From: Mesorhizobium sp.
GTDB lineage: Bacteria > Pseudomonadota > Alphaproteobacteria > Rhizobiales > Rhizobiaceae
Direction of reading: 5' to 3'
NCBI GenBank assembly: GCA_024710845.1
Contig: JANJTZ010000023.1
Span: 12,248 to 76,247 of the forward strand
Length of the DNA: 64,000 bases
The notes under the pieces were generated by a model. It did not search any database and was not told the DNA's origin. It was given only the letters and a program-made list of their open reading frames with translations. The first letter of the stretch is position 1. Each line of letters starts with the position of its first letter. The translations under genes were made by a program, and so were the position numbers. Positions 1 through 8,753 of the stretch are shown here, piece after piece.

Positions 1-518
1 TGGCCGGCGGGCAGGAATACCGGATCATAGCCGAAGCCGCTCGTGCCTCGCGGCGGCCAGACGAGAGAACCCTCCGCCTCGCCACGAAAGTATTCGGCTT
101 CGCCGTCGGGAAAGCACAGGCAGATGACGGCGACGAAGCGGCCGGTACGTTGCGAGGGATCGGTGGCGCCTGCATCCTGGAGATCCCTCTCGGTCTTCTC
201 CATCGCCATCATGAAATCGCGCGAGCCGTCTGGCTTCGTCGCCCAGTCGGCAGTGTAGACTCCCGGCGCGCCGCCGAGCGCGTCGACGACAAGACCGGAA
301 TCGTCCGACATGGCCGGCAGGCCGGTGGCGGACGCTGCCGCATAGGCCTTGAGGTAGGCATTCTGCTCGAAGGTCGTTCCGGTCTCCTCCGGCTCGGGCA
401 GGCCGAACTCCTTAGCCGACCTCGCCTCCAGGCCGAACGGGGCAAGCAGATCGGCAAACTCGGCCAGCTTGCCGGCATTGTGGCTGGCGACGACGATGCG
501 CTTGCCGAGATCCCTCAT
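1..518 (-). CDS. rdgB: Non-canonical purine NTP pyrophosphatase RdgB/HAM1 family; 3' end cut by the window edge
   Basis: Minus-strand translation reads [21 protein letters not shown]...[16 protein letters not shown]...[26 protein letters not shown], typical RdgB/ITPase. The ATG at 518 shares one nt with the upstream gene's TGA. Sits next to rph, the usual synteny. Confidence 0.85.
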   Translation of the reverse strand, partial: MRDLGKRIVVASHNAGKLAEFADLLAPFGLEARSAKEFGLPEPEETGTTFEQNAYLKAYAAASATGLPAMSDDSGLVVDALGGAPGVYTADWATKPDGSRDFMMAMEKTERDLQDAGATDPSQRTGRFVAVICLCFPDGEAEYFRGEAEGSLVWPPRGTSGFGYDPVFLPAG

Positions 519-928
519 CAGAAACCCCATATCGACGGATTGGCGAACTCGAGCGAATTGCCCGACGGGTCGCGGAAATAGATCGAGCGGCCGCCGCGCG
601 GCCATGCGAACTCCGCCTCGATGGCGACGCCGGCCGCGGTCAGATGCGCCTTCCAGCGGTCGATCTCTTCTTCAGTCGCGGCGAAACAGAGGTGTCCCTC
701 GCCCACCGCCCCATGCGGCGGGACCGGCAGGCGCGCATCCGGTGGCGGCGCGTGGCGGGTGGCCTCGGCATTGAACAGCAGCACGATGCCCTTGCCGCAC
801 TTGAAGAAGACGTGGCGGCCTTCGACCTTGCCGGCCGGCTCCAGCCCCAGCACCGTGCCGTAGAAATGTTCGGCGGCGGCGAGGTCGGTTACGTAGAGCG
901 CGGATTCGAGCACGTGCGAAGGGGTCAT
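518..928 (-). CDS. VOC (glyoxalase/bleomycin-resistance/dioxygenase) family protein
   Basis: Part of ORF 518..988. The internal ATG at 928 ([23 protein letters not shown]) is preceded by GGGAGG. The LGLEP...GHLCF...[11 protein letters not shown] pattern fits the VOC fold. Confidence 0.75.
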   Translation of the reverse strand: MTPSHVLESALYVTDLAAAEHFYGTVLGLEPAGKVEGRHVFFKCGKGIVLLFNAEATRHAPPPDARLPVPPHGAVGEGHLCFAATEEEIDRWKAHLTAAGVAIEAEFAWPRGGRSIYFRDPSGNSLEFANPSIWGF

Positions 929-1022
929 GGCGAAATGCCTCCCGGCCCCTCGCCATCGCTCGGGGCGTTCGTCACTCGAAAAGCCCATTCAGGGGCTTTT
1001 CGTCCGCTCTGCGGACCGTTCC

Positions 1023-1739
1023 TCACCCCACCGCCATCTTCTGCAGGTCGACGAGGCGAGCGATGCCCTTCTTGGCAAGGTTCATCAGCGCAGCGAACTC
1101 CTCCTCGGTGAAGGGGATGCCCTCGGCGGTGCCCTGGATCTCGACGATGCCGCCCTTACCGGTCATGACGAAATTGGCGTCGGTGCCGGCCGACGAATCC
1201 TCGAGATAGTCGAGGTCGAGCACCGGCACGCCGTCATGGATGCCGCATGAGATCGCGGCGACGTGGTCCTTCAAGACCTTCGAGACGTCGGTCATTTTCC
1301 GCGCGGCCATCCAGGAGAGGCAGTCGTGCAGCGCGACGAACCCGCCGGTGATCGCCGCGGTGCGGGTGCCGCCATCGGCCTGAATCACGTCGCAGTCGAC
1401 GGTGATCTGCACCTCGCCAAGCGCCTGGAGATCGACCACGGAGCGCAGCGAACGGCCGATCAGGCGCTGAATCTCCATGGTGCGGCCGCCCTGCTTGCCG
1501 CTCGCCGCCTCGCGGCGCATGCGATCGCCGGTGGAGCGCGGCAGCATGCCGTATTCGGCCGTCACCCAGCCCTTGCCGGTGTTGCGCAGCCAGCCGGGCA
1601 CCTTCTCCTCCAGGCTCGCCGTGCACAGGACGTGTGTATCGCCGAATTTGACGAGGCAGGAGCCCTCGGCGTGCTTGGAGACGCCCCGTTCGAAGGAAAT
1701 GGCCCGCATCTCGTCGGGCTGGCGCTTGGAAGGACGCAT
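1023..1739 (-). CDS. rph: Ribonuclease PH
   Basis: 238 aa starting [45 protein letters not shown], full-length RNase PH-like. The longer ORF to 1922 is an upstream extension. Confidence 0.95.
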   Translation of the reverse strand: MRPSKRQPDEMRAISFERGVSKHAEGSCLVKFGDTHVLCTASLEEKVPGWLRNTGKGWVTAEYGMLPRSTGDRMRREAASGKQGGRTMEIQRLIGRSLRSVVDLQALGEVQITVDCDVIQADGGTRTAAITGGFVALHDCLSWMAARKMTDVSKVLKDHVAAISCGIHDGVPVLDLDYLEDSSAGTDANFVMTGKGGIVEIQGTAEGIPFTEEEFAALMNLAKKGIARLVDLQKMAVG

Positions 1740-1870
1740 GGTGTGGTCTCTGTTGGCCGGAAATGGGGGCTTGTAGACGCTGCGCGCCCGGCGGGCAACC
1801 GAGGAAACCGGCTCGGTTGCGCCATTCGCTGCCGAGACTATATTCACATCGAGGAACCCTGCGTCGAACC

Positions 1871-2938
1871 ATGACGAAACCGATCTTCGATCAGAATCTG
1901 CAATCGCTCGATGCGCGCTCACGCGACATCTTCCGCGCGATCGTCGATTCGTACCTGCGCGACGGCGAGCCGCTCGGTTCGCGCAACCTGTCGCGCATGC
2001 TCCCGGCCTCGCTGTCGCCGGCCACCGTGCGCAACGTGATGAGCGACCTGGAGCAACTCGGGCTCATCTACGCGCCGCACATCTCCGCCGGGCGTCTGCC
2101 GACGCAGAAGGGCCTGCGCTTCTTCGTCGACGCCTTCATGGAACTCGGAGACCTTTCGGAGGAAGAGCGCCGCGTGATCGAGGCCCAGGTGAAGGCCACC
2201 GGCTCGGGCGCGACGCTGGAGCAGATGCTGACCGAGGCGAGCCAGATGCTGTCGGGCATGTCGCGCGGCGCCGGCCTCGTCGTCGCGGCCAAGAACGAGG
2301 TGCCGTTGAAGCATCTCGAATTCATCCAGCTCGAGCCGACCCGCGCGCTGGCCGTGCTGGTGTCGCAGAACGGCGACGTCGAGAACCGTATCGTCGAACT
2401 GCCGGAGGGCGTGACGACGTCGCAGCTCATGGAAGCGTCGAACTTCCTCAACGCCCATATCGTCGGCCGTACGCTTGCCGAAGCCCGCGCCGAGGTCGCG
2501 CGGCTGAAGGCGGAGACCAAGACGGCGCTCGATGCGCTGTCGCAGGATCTCGTCGACAAGGGGCTGGCCGTTTGGGCCGGCGGCGGCGGCCTGCCGGCGA
2601 CGCTGATCGTGCGCGGCCGCGCCAACCTGCTGGAAAACGTCACCGCCGAGGCCGACATCCAGCTGTTGCGCCACCTGTTCGAGGATCTCGAGACCAAGGA
2701 CGGGCTGATGCAGCTTCTCGACCTCGCTGAGGGCGGATCGGGCGTGCGCATCTTCATCGGCTCGGAAAACAAGCTGTTTTCGCTGTCCGGCTCGTCGCTG
2801 GTCGTGGCGCCCTACCGCGACAAGAACGCGCGGGTGGTCGGCGCGCTCGGCGTCATCGGCCCGACCCGGCTCAATTACGCGCGGATCGTGCCGATGGTGG
2901 ATTACACCGCGCAGATGATCAGCCGGATGCTGCGGTGA
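1871..2938 (+). CDS. hrcA: Heat-inducible transcription repressor HrcA
   Basis: 355 aa starting [42 protein letters not shown], ending [21 protein letters not shown]. Divergent from rph and upstream of grpE. Confidence 0.95.
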   Translation: MTKPIFDQNLQSLDARSRDIFRAIVDSYLRDGEPLGSRNLSRMLPASLSPATVRNVMSDLEQLGLIYAPHISAGRLPTQKGLRFFVDAFMELGDLSEEERRVIEAQVKATGSGATLEQMLTEASQMLSGMSRGAGLVVAAKNEVPLKHLEFIQLEPTRALAVLVSQNGDVENRIVELPEGVTTSQLMEASNFLNAHIVGRTLAEARAEVARLKAETKTALDALSQDLVDKGLAVWAGGGGLPATLIVRGRANLLENVTAEADIQLLRHLFEDLETKDGLMQLLDLAEGGSGVRIFIGSENKLFSLSGSSLVVAPYRDKNARVVGALGVIGPTRLNYARIVPMVDYTAQMISRMLR

Positions 2939-3258
2939 CCAGTGCGGACGATCTGCGGCGCGCCGCGCTCGCCCTGCCAGGAACCACCGAGGCGCCGCAT
3001 TTCGATCGCGCAGCCTTCAAGGTAAAGCGGATCTACGTCACGCTGGCGGCCGATGGCGCCACCGCCAACTTCAAGTTCAGCCCCGACGAGCAATCGCTCA
3101 AATGCGAAGTCGCGCCGGACGCCTTCGCCGCGGTGCCGAACGCCTGGGGCAGGCAGGGCTGGACGACGGCGAAGCTTTCGGCCCTGTCTAACGCGGAACT
3201 GGACGATGCGCTGACGATCGCCTGGAGGCATGCGCTTCCAGCACCGGGCCGCCGATAG
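2935..3258 (+). CDS. MmcQ/YjbR family DNA-binding protein
   Basis: 107 aa with [28 protein letters not shown], typical of the YjbR fold. GTG start overlaps the hrcA stop (GTGA). Confidence 0.65.
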   Translation: MTSADDLRRAALALPGTTEAPHFDRAAFKVKRIYVTLAADGATANFKFSPDEQSLKCEVAPDAFAAVPNAWGRQGWTTAKLSALSNAELDDALTIAWRHALPAPGRR

Positions 3259-3346
3259 CGGCAAACTGCCGATCCAGCCTTGATTTTTCGGCTGCAAATA
3301 TCGATATCGGGCGCAACTCACGAACAGTTGAAGCAGGACCGACGCG

Positions 3347-3970
3347 ATGAGCGAGAAGCCCAACGACGACATGAACGACGAACGCATCGACGATGCCGCG
3401 GCCGAAGGCTCACAAGGCAGTGACGGCGACTACGAGGCGCTGGTGCGGCTGATGAAGGAGAACGAGGAGCTCAAGGACCGGGCCCTTCGCCTCGCCGCCG
3501 AGATGGAAAACCTGCGCCGCCGCACCGCGCGCGACGTGGTTGACGCGCGCACCTATGCCGTGACCAATTTTGCGCGCGACATGCTGACGGTGTCCGACAA
3601 TCTGCGCCGCGCGCTCGATGCCGTGCCGGCCGAGGCGAAGGAGGCCGGAGACGCCGGGTTCAAGGCGCTGTTCGAGGGCGTCGATCTCACCGAGCGGGCG
3701 ATGCTCTCGGCGCTCGAGCGGCATGGCGTGAAGAAGCTCGAGCCGCAGGGCGAGCGCTTCGATCCGAACTTCCACCAGGCGATGTTCGAAGTGCCGAATC
3801 CCGACGTTCCGAACGGCACGGTCGTGCAGGTCGTGCAGTCCGGCTATTCGATCGGCGACCGCGTGCTGCGCCCCGCCATGGTCGGCATTGCCAAGGGCGG
3901 GCCGAAGGCGGCGCCCGCCCAGCCGGCCGAGCCGGGGCCAATCAACGAGCAGGCGGAGAAGGATGCGTGA
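3347..3970 (+). CDS. grpE: Nucleotide exchange factor GrpE
   Basis: 207 aa; [22 protein letters not shown]...[13 protein letters not shown]...[19 protein letters not shown] are GrpE hallmarks. Confidence 0.95.
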   Translation: MSEKPNDDMNDERIDDAAAEGSQGSDGDYEALVRLMKENEELKDRALRLAAEMENLRRRTARDVVDARTYAVTNFARDMLTVSDNLRRALDAVPAEAKEAGDAGFKALFEGVDLTERAMLSALERHGVKKLEPQGERFDPNFHQAMFEVPNPDVPNGTVVQVVQSGYSIGDRVLRPAMVGIAKGGPKAAPAQPAEPGPINEQAEKDA

Positions 3971-4025
3971 GGGCAGCGACATCCTGAAGGGCAGAGGCTA
4001 GACGCTTGAGGTAACTGCGGCCAAC

Positions 4026-4658
4026 ATGGATCAGACGGTCACGATCAAGACACCTCCGACGGTGTTCGTCACCGACGGACCGGAGTTGACCTTTGATCTG
4101 CCGCTGATCCCGAAGCGAAGATTTAGCTTCTGGCTGGTGGCTTACTTCTCGATCGGCGTCATGGTCTGCTTTTGGGTTCTAGGCAATTACGCCAAATGGT
4201 TGGTGCCGCCAATGTTCGGCGCGGGCGATTTTCCTGCTGACACGTTCCTGCTCGGCTTGGTCTTCACGGGGATCGCTCTTCTGATTCTGGCTCCGGTTAT
4301 CGAGGGGCTACTCTTACTCGCCATTACAGCGTTATCGAACCGTCCGCTGCTGGAGATACGCGCGGAGGGCTTGGTTGATCGGCGGATATTCCGCCGCATG
4401 GTGCGGTGGGACGAGTTTGAGAGCGTCGGCGACCAGCGCCACATGGCCGGCCGCATAGGCATGAGAGGCATCCACTCGTTCAAGCTCAGGGACCGCAGCG
4501 TCCGGCGATTTTCGCCGGAATCGGCGTTCCATTCGTTCGTTCTTGGGGGCAGACGTGTCGTCATCCACACAAACGGTTTCGACATGCCGCCTCACCAGAT
4601 TCTGGATGTCATCCTCGCGATGATCCGCAACGCGCATGCGGAAAAGCGCGCCGCATAG
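4026..4658 (+). CDS. Hypothetical membrane protein (two predicted TM helices plus a soluble C-terminal domain)
   Basis: 210-aa ORF with hydrophobic stretches FWLVAYFSIGVMVCFWVLG and LLGLVFTGIALLILAPVIEGLLLLAI. GC is lower than neighbours (about 48-55% in two hand-counted lines). No family recognised. Confidence 0.5.
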   Translation: MDQTVTIKTPPTVFVTDGPELTFDLPLIPKRRFSFWLVAYFSIGVMVCFWVLGNYAKWLVPPMFGAGDFPADTFLLGLVFTGIALLILAPVIEGLLLLAITALSNRPLLEIRAEGLVDRRIFRRMVRWDEFESVGDQRHMAGRIGMRGIHSFKLRDRSVRRFSPESAFHSFVLGGRRVVIHTNGFDMPPHQILDVILAMIRNAHAEKRAA

Positions 4659-4699
4659 AGCGTTCACCCGGATGGCGGCGCATAGCAATGTCGCAATTT

Positions 4700-4740
4700 C
4701 CTATTGCCTTACTGCCCTATTCCCCTACTCCCTTATCCCA
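4700..4740. repeat. Purine-poor degenerate 7-8-nt repeat tract abutting the TRIC-channel start codon
   Basis: CCTATTG CCTTACTG CCCTATT CCCCTACT CCCTTAT CCC. It shares TATTCCC(C)TACTC with the heptamer array at 33842-33853. Confidence 0.5.
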
Positions 4741-5375
4741 TGAACCCCATCCTCGCCTTCGACTATGCCGGCATTGCGGTTTTCGCCGCCACCGGCGCGC
4801 TGGCGGCGTCGCGCAAGGAACTCGACATGATCGGGTTCCTGTTCCTCGCAAGCGTCACCGGCGTCGGCGGCGGCACGTTCCGCGACCTGATCCTGGGCCA
4901 GACGCCGGTGTTCTGGGTCAGGGAGCCAGGCTACATCCTCGTCTGCGCAGCGGTCGCGGTGCTTGTCTTCTTCACCGCCCATCTGTTCGAGAGCCGCTGG
5001 CGGCTGCTGCTCTGGCTCGACGCGGTCGGCCTCGCGGCCTATTGCGTGCTCGGCGCGCAAAAGGGACTGGACGCTACCGGCTCGCCGGCCATCGCCATCG
5101 TCACCGGCATTCTCACCGCAACCTTCGGCGGCATATTGCGCGACCTCCTGGCCGGAGAACCGTCGGTGCTGCTGCGGCCCGAGATCTACGTGACCGCGGC
5201 GCTGGTGGGCGCAGCGACGCATACCGGCCTTTTCCTGCTCGGTTTTCCGATCCTTGCCGCAGCCCTCGTCGCGGCGGCTGCCGCCTTCATCGTGCGCGGC
5301 GGAGCGCTCAAGTTCGGATGGACGTTTCCGCGCTACAAGGCCCGGCCCGGCCGGCGGCCGGAAGACATTCCCTGA
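4740..5375 (+). CDS. Trimeric intracellular cation channel (TRIC/UPF0126, YadS-like) membrane protein
   Basis: Starts MNPILAFDYAGIAVFAATGALAASRKELDMIGF...GVGGGTFRDL, with a second half ...TATFGGILRDLLAG. This is the duplicated UPF0126 glycine motif. Start is uncertain because no Shine-Dalgarno precedes it. Confidence 0.8.
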   Translation: MNPILAFDYAGIAVFAATGALAASRKELDMIGFLFLASVTGVGGGTFRDLILGQTPVFWVREPGYILVCAAVAVLVFFTAHLFESRWRLLLWLDAVGLAAYCVLGAQKGLDATGSPAIAIVTGILTATFGGILRDLLAGEPSVLLRPEIYVTAALVGAATHTGLFLLGFPILAAALVAAAAAFIVRGGALKFGWTFPRYKARPGRRPEDIP

Positions 5376-5481
5376 GTCCCGCCGCCGCCACAGGTTTTTC
5401 GCATTTCCGTCTCATTTCGGAAGCATCGTTCACGATGTCGCGTTAACGGAACACATATCGTTGACCGGCATTCTTGGTGAG

Positions 5482-6075
5482 ATGTCATGCCTGAGGGGGC
5501 GTGAGACCGGGACCGGAAGCGTGAGACCTAGCGTAGCTGCCTTTTTGTTTCTCGTGGCGACGCCGACCTTTGCGGCCGACGAGATTCCGGCGCCGATCGC
5601 CGAGCGCTTCGCGGGCGACCAGGACTTCGACTGGAGCGGCTTCAGGCTCGGCGTGCAGGGCGGCTATGCCTGGGGCCCCGGCGTGGTCGCCGGCGAAGGC
5701 GCGATCGGCGGCCTTCACGCCGGATACGACTGGACACTCGGAGACGCGGTTGCCGGCGTGGAAGGCTCGCTCTCTGCCGCCGATATCGAGATCGGCCCCA
5801 ACAACCGGCTGACATCCGTCATCGATCTGCGGGCTCGGATCGGCTATTCGTTCGACCGGGTATTGGTCTACGGCACCGCCGGCGGCGCCTATGGCAGCAC
5901 CAGCGCCGGTTTCGACGGGCGCGGCTCCGCGGTTGGCGCCGGCCTCGATTTCGCCACGCTGGAGAACGCGATCTTCGGGGTGAAATACCTGAAGTACACG
6001 TTCGAGAACATGAACAACACAGGCAACTCCCTCGAGATCGACCTGATCGAGGGCACGCTTACCTACAAGTTCTGA
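5482..6075 (+). CDS. Outer-membrane beta-barrel protein (OMP_b-brl/Omp25-31-like)
   Basis: Signal peptide VAAFLFLVATPTFA|ADE, then WSGFRLGVQGGYAWG, alternating beta-strand pattern and terminal ...GTLTYKF. A GTG at 5521 is an alternative start. Confidence 0.75.
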   Translation: MSCLRGRETGTGSVRPSVAAFLFLVATPTFAADEIPAPIAERFAGDQDFDWSGFRLGVQGGYAWGPGVVAGEGAIGGLHAGYDWTLGDAVAGVEGSLSAADIEIGPNNRLTSVIDLRARIGYSFDRVLVYGTAGGAYGSTSAGFDGRGSAVGAGLDFATLENAIFGVKYLKYTFENMNNTGNSLEIDLIEGTLTYKF

Positions 6076-6080
6076 TCTGT

Positions 6081-6389
6081 CTAGATCCGCTCTTCGTAGG
6101 GATGCCTCGTTCCCCCAACGGTCTTCGTCAGTTCGGAGAACGGAAGCACCTTCGTTCGGGAGTGTCCGTGGTTTGCCGTCCTGAGCAGGCGGATCGGGAA
6201 ACAGATCGCCTCCTTGTTCGACGGCGGCAATTCTTCAAAAAGCCCGCCCTCCGAAGTGAAGCTCGTTTCCGCCTTGCGCAGGGCCATATCGACTTCTTCG
6301 ATCGAAAGAAGCCCCTTCTCGACAAGGGTCCGGTTGATCGAGGCGACCGCCATCAGCAGTCCCTGGAGTTGGAGATTGGCGACGTTCAT
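6081..6389 (-). CDS. Hypothetical protein
   Basis: 102-aa ORF (MNVANLQLQGLLMAVASINRTLVEKGLLSIEEVDMALRKAE...). No recognised motif; called on ORF length and intergenic fit only. Confidence 0.4.
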   Translation of the reverse strand: MNVANLQLQGLLMAVASINRTLVEKGLLSIEEVDMALRKAETSFTSEGGLFEELPPSNKEAICFPIRLLRTANHGHSRTKVLPFSELTKTVGGTRHPYEERI

Positions 6390-6493
6390 ATCAGGCGACC
6401 TCCGTGCGACACGTTTCTGGGCCGGCCGGGCCGCCCACAGTGTAGCGTCTATGGTTCGATCTGACGAGAGCGAAGGCCGGCAGCAGCGAAGAG

Positions 6494-7486
6494 TCAGAGA
6501 AGGCCCGCTTCGATCGCCGCCTGGCGCAGGTTCTGGCGCGGGCGCGGCCCGACCTGCTGGATGACCAGACCGGCAGCCAGCGAGCCGAGCTTACCGCAGT
6601 CCTCCAGCGAGCGGCCCGTGGTATAGCCGAACAGGAAGCCGGCGGCGTAGAGGTCGCCGGCGCCAGTAGTGTCGACCAGTTCGCCGATCTCGATAGCGTC
6701 GACCTGGACGGTCTCGTCGCCGCGCACGATCACCGATCCGAGCTCCGATCGGGTGACCGCCGCGAGCCTGCAATCCTTGCGGATCGCGTCCAGCCCCGCC
6801 TCGAACGAGGCCGTCTGGTAGAGCGACTTCAGCTCGCTCTCATTGGCGAAGACGATGTCGACGGTGCCCGAGCGCATGAGGAACAAAAATTCGTCGCGAT
6901 AGCGGTCGACGCAGAAGGAATCCGACAGGGTCATCGAGACCTCCCGGCCGGCCGCGTGGGCATGTTTCGCGGTGAGGCGGATGGCGTCCTTGGCGCGCGG
7001 CGGATCCCAGAGGTAGCCCTCGAAATAGGTCACCTTCGCGCCGCGAGCCTTGTCTTCCTCGACGTCTTCAGGCCCCAGTTCCACGCAGGCGCCGAGATAG
7101 GTATTCATCGAACGCTCGCCGTCGGCGGTGACGAAGATCATGGACCGCGCGGTCGGCGGCGGCACCTCCAGGGGCTTGGTGTCGAAGGCGACGCCCTGGG
7201 CGCGGATGTCGTGGGTATAGATCCGCCCGAGCGCGTCCTGCGCGACCTTGCCGAAGAAGGCGGCCTTGCCGCCGAAGCTCGCGACGCCGGCGGCCGTATT
7301 GCCGGCGCTGCCACCAGAGGCTTCGATGGCGGGACCCATGCGGCTATAGAGCAGCTCGGCGCGGTCGGTGTCGATCAGGTTCATCGCGCCTTTGATGATG
7401 CCGTTGTCGACGAGAAAACTCTCCTCGCACCGCGCGATGATGTCCACGATCGCGTTGCCGATGCACAGCACGTCGAATTGGCTCAT
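6494..7486 (-). CDS. Adenosine kinase / PfkB-family carbohydrate kinase
   Basis: 330 aa; DVLCIGNAIVDII...GGSAGNTAAG...DTTGAGDLYAAGFLFG are PfkB signatures. Confidence 0.85.
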   Translation of the reverse strand: MSQFDVLCIGNAIVDIIARCEESFLVDNGIIKGAMNLIDTDRAELLYSRMGPAIEASGGSAGNTAAGVASFGGKAAFFGKVAQDALGRIYTHDIRAQGVAFDTKPLEVPPPTARSMIFVTADGERSMNTYLGACVELGPEDVEEDKARGAKVTYFEGYLWDPPRAKDAIRLTAKHAHAAGREVSMTLSDSFCVDRYRDEFLFLMRSGTVDIVFANESELKSLYQTASFEAGLDAIRKDCRLAAVTRSELGSVIVRGDETVQVDAIEIGELVDTTGAGDLYAAGFLFGYTTGRSLEDCGKLGSLAAGLVIQQVGPRPRQNLRQAAIEAGLL

Positions 7487-7637
7487 GAAGCGTCCCGCTC
7501 TTCGCGCCGTCCAGGTGCGGGGCGCATACGGATCACGGATTTACCGTCTCACCCGAGGATTGCAAGCGTGTCGGCGCCGGGCCAATGGGCGCAAGCCATC
7601 GCCTTTCCGCCACAGCCGGGACGTGGCGACCGTCGGA

Positions 7638-7683
7638 TTAGATTCTCATTCTAACCAGCGACATTGCTTAGAACCATGTTCTA
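7638..7683. promoter_or_regulatory. Two related dyads upstream of cysK; candidate regulator binding sites
   Basis: TTAGA-N7-TCTAA (7638-7654) and TAGAAC-CAT-GTTCTA (7669-7683), centres about 30 bp apart, 87-132 nt upstream of the cysK ATG in an AT-richer patch. Confidence 0.3.
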
Positions 7684-7769
7684 CGCATTCGATCGTATCG
7701 ACTTGATCGGCTCTCGGAATCCGAAGGGCGAGAGACTATGGTGCTGCAAACTGCCTCAGGGAGAAAACG

Positions 7770-8747
<978 letters not shown>

Positions 8748-8753
8748 GGCGAC

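Noticed and set aside
1740-1870. CIRCE element (TTAGCACTC-N9-GAGTGCTAA) expected near hrcA/grpE
   Set aside because: No match or near match was found upstream of hrcA (1740-1870) or grpE (3259-3346). Only weak promoter-like hexamers are present (TTGCGC-N16-TATATT at 1817-1844, and CTTGAT ... GATATC at 3279-3308), too weak to report as features.
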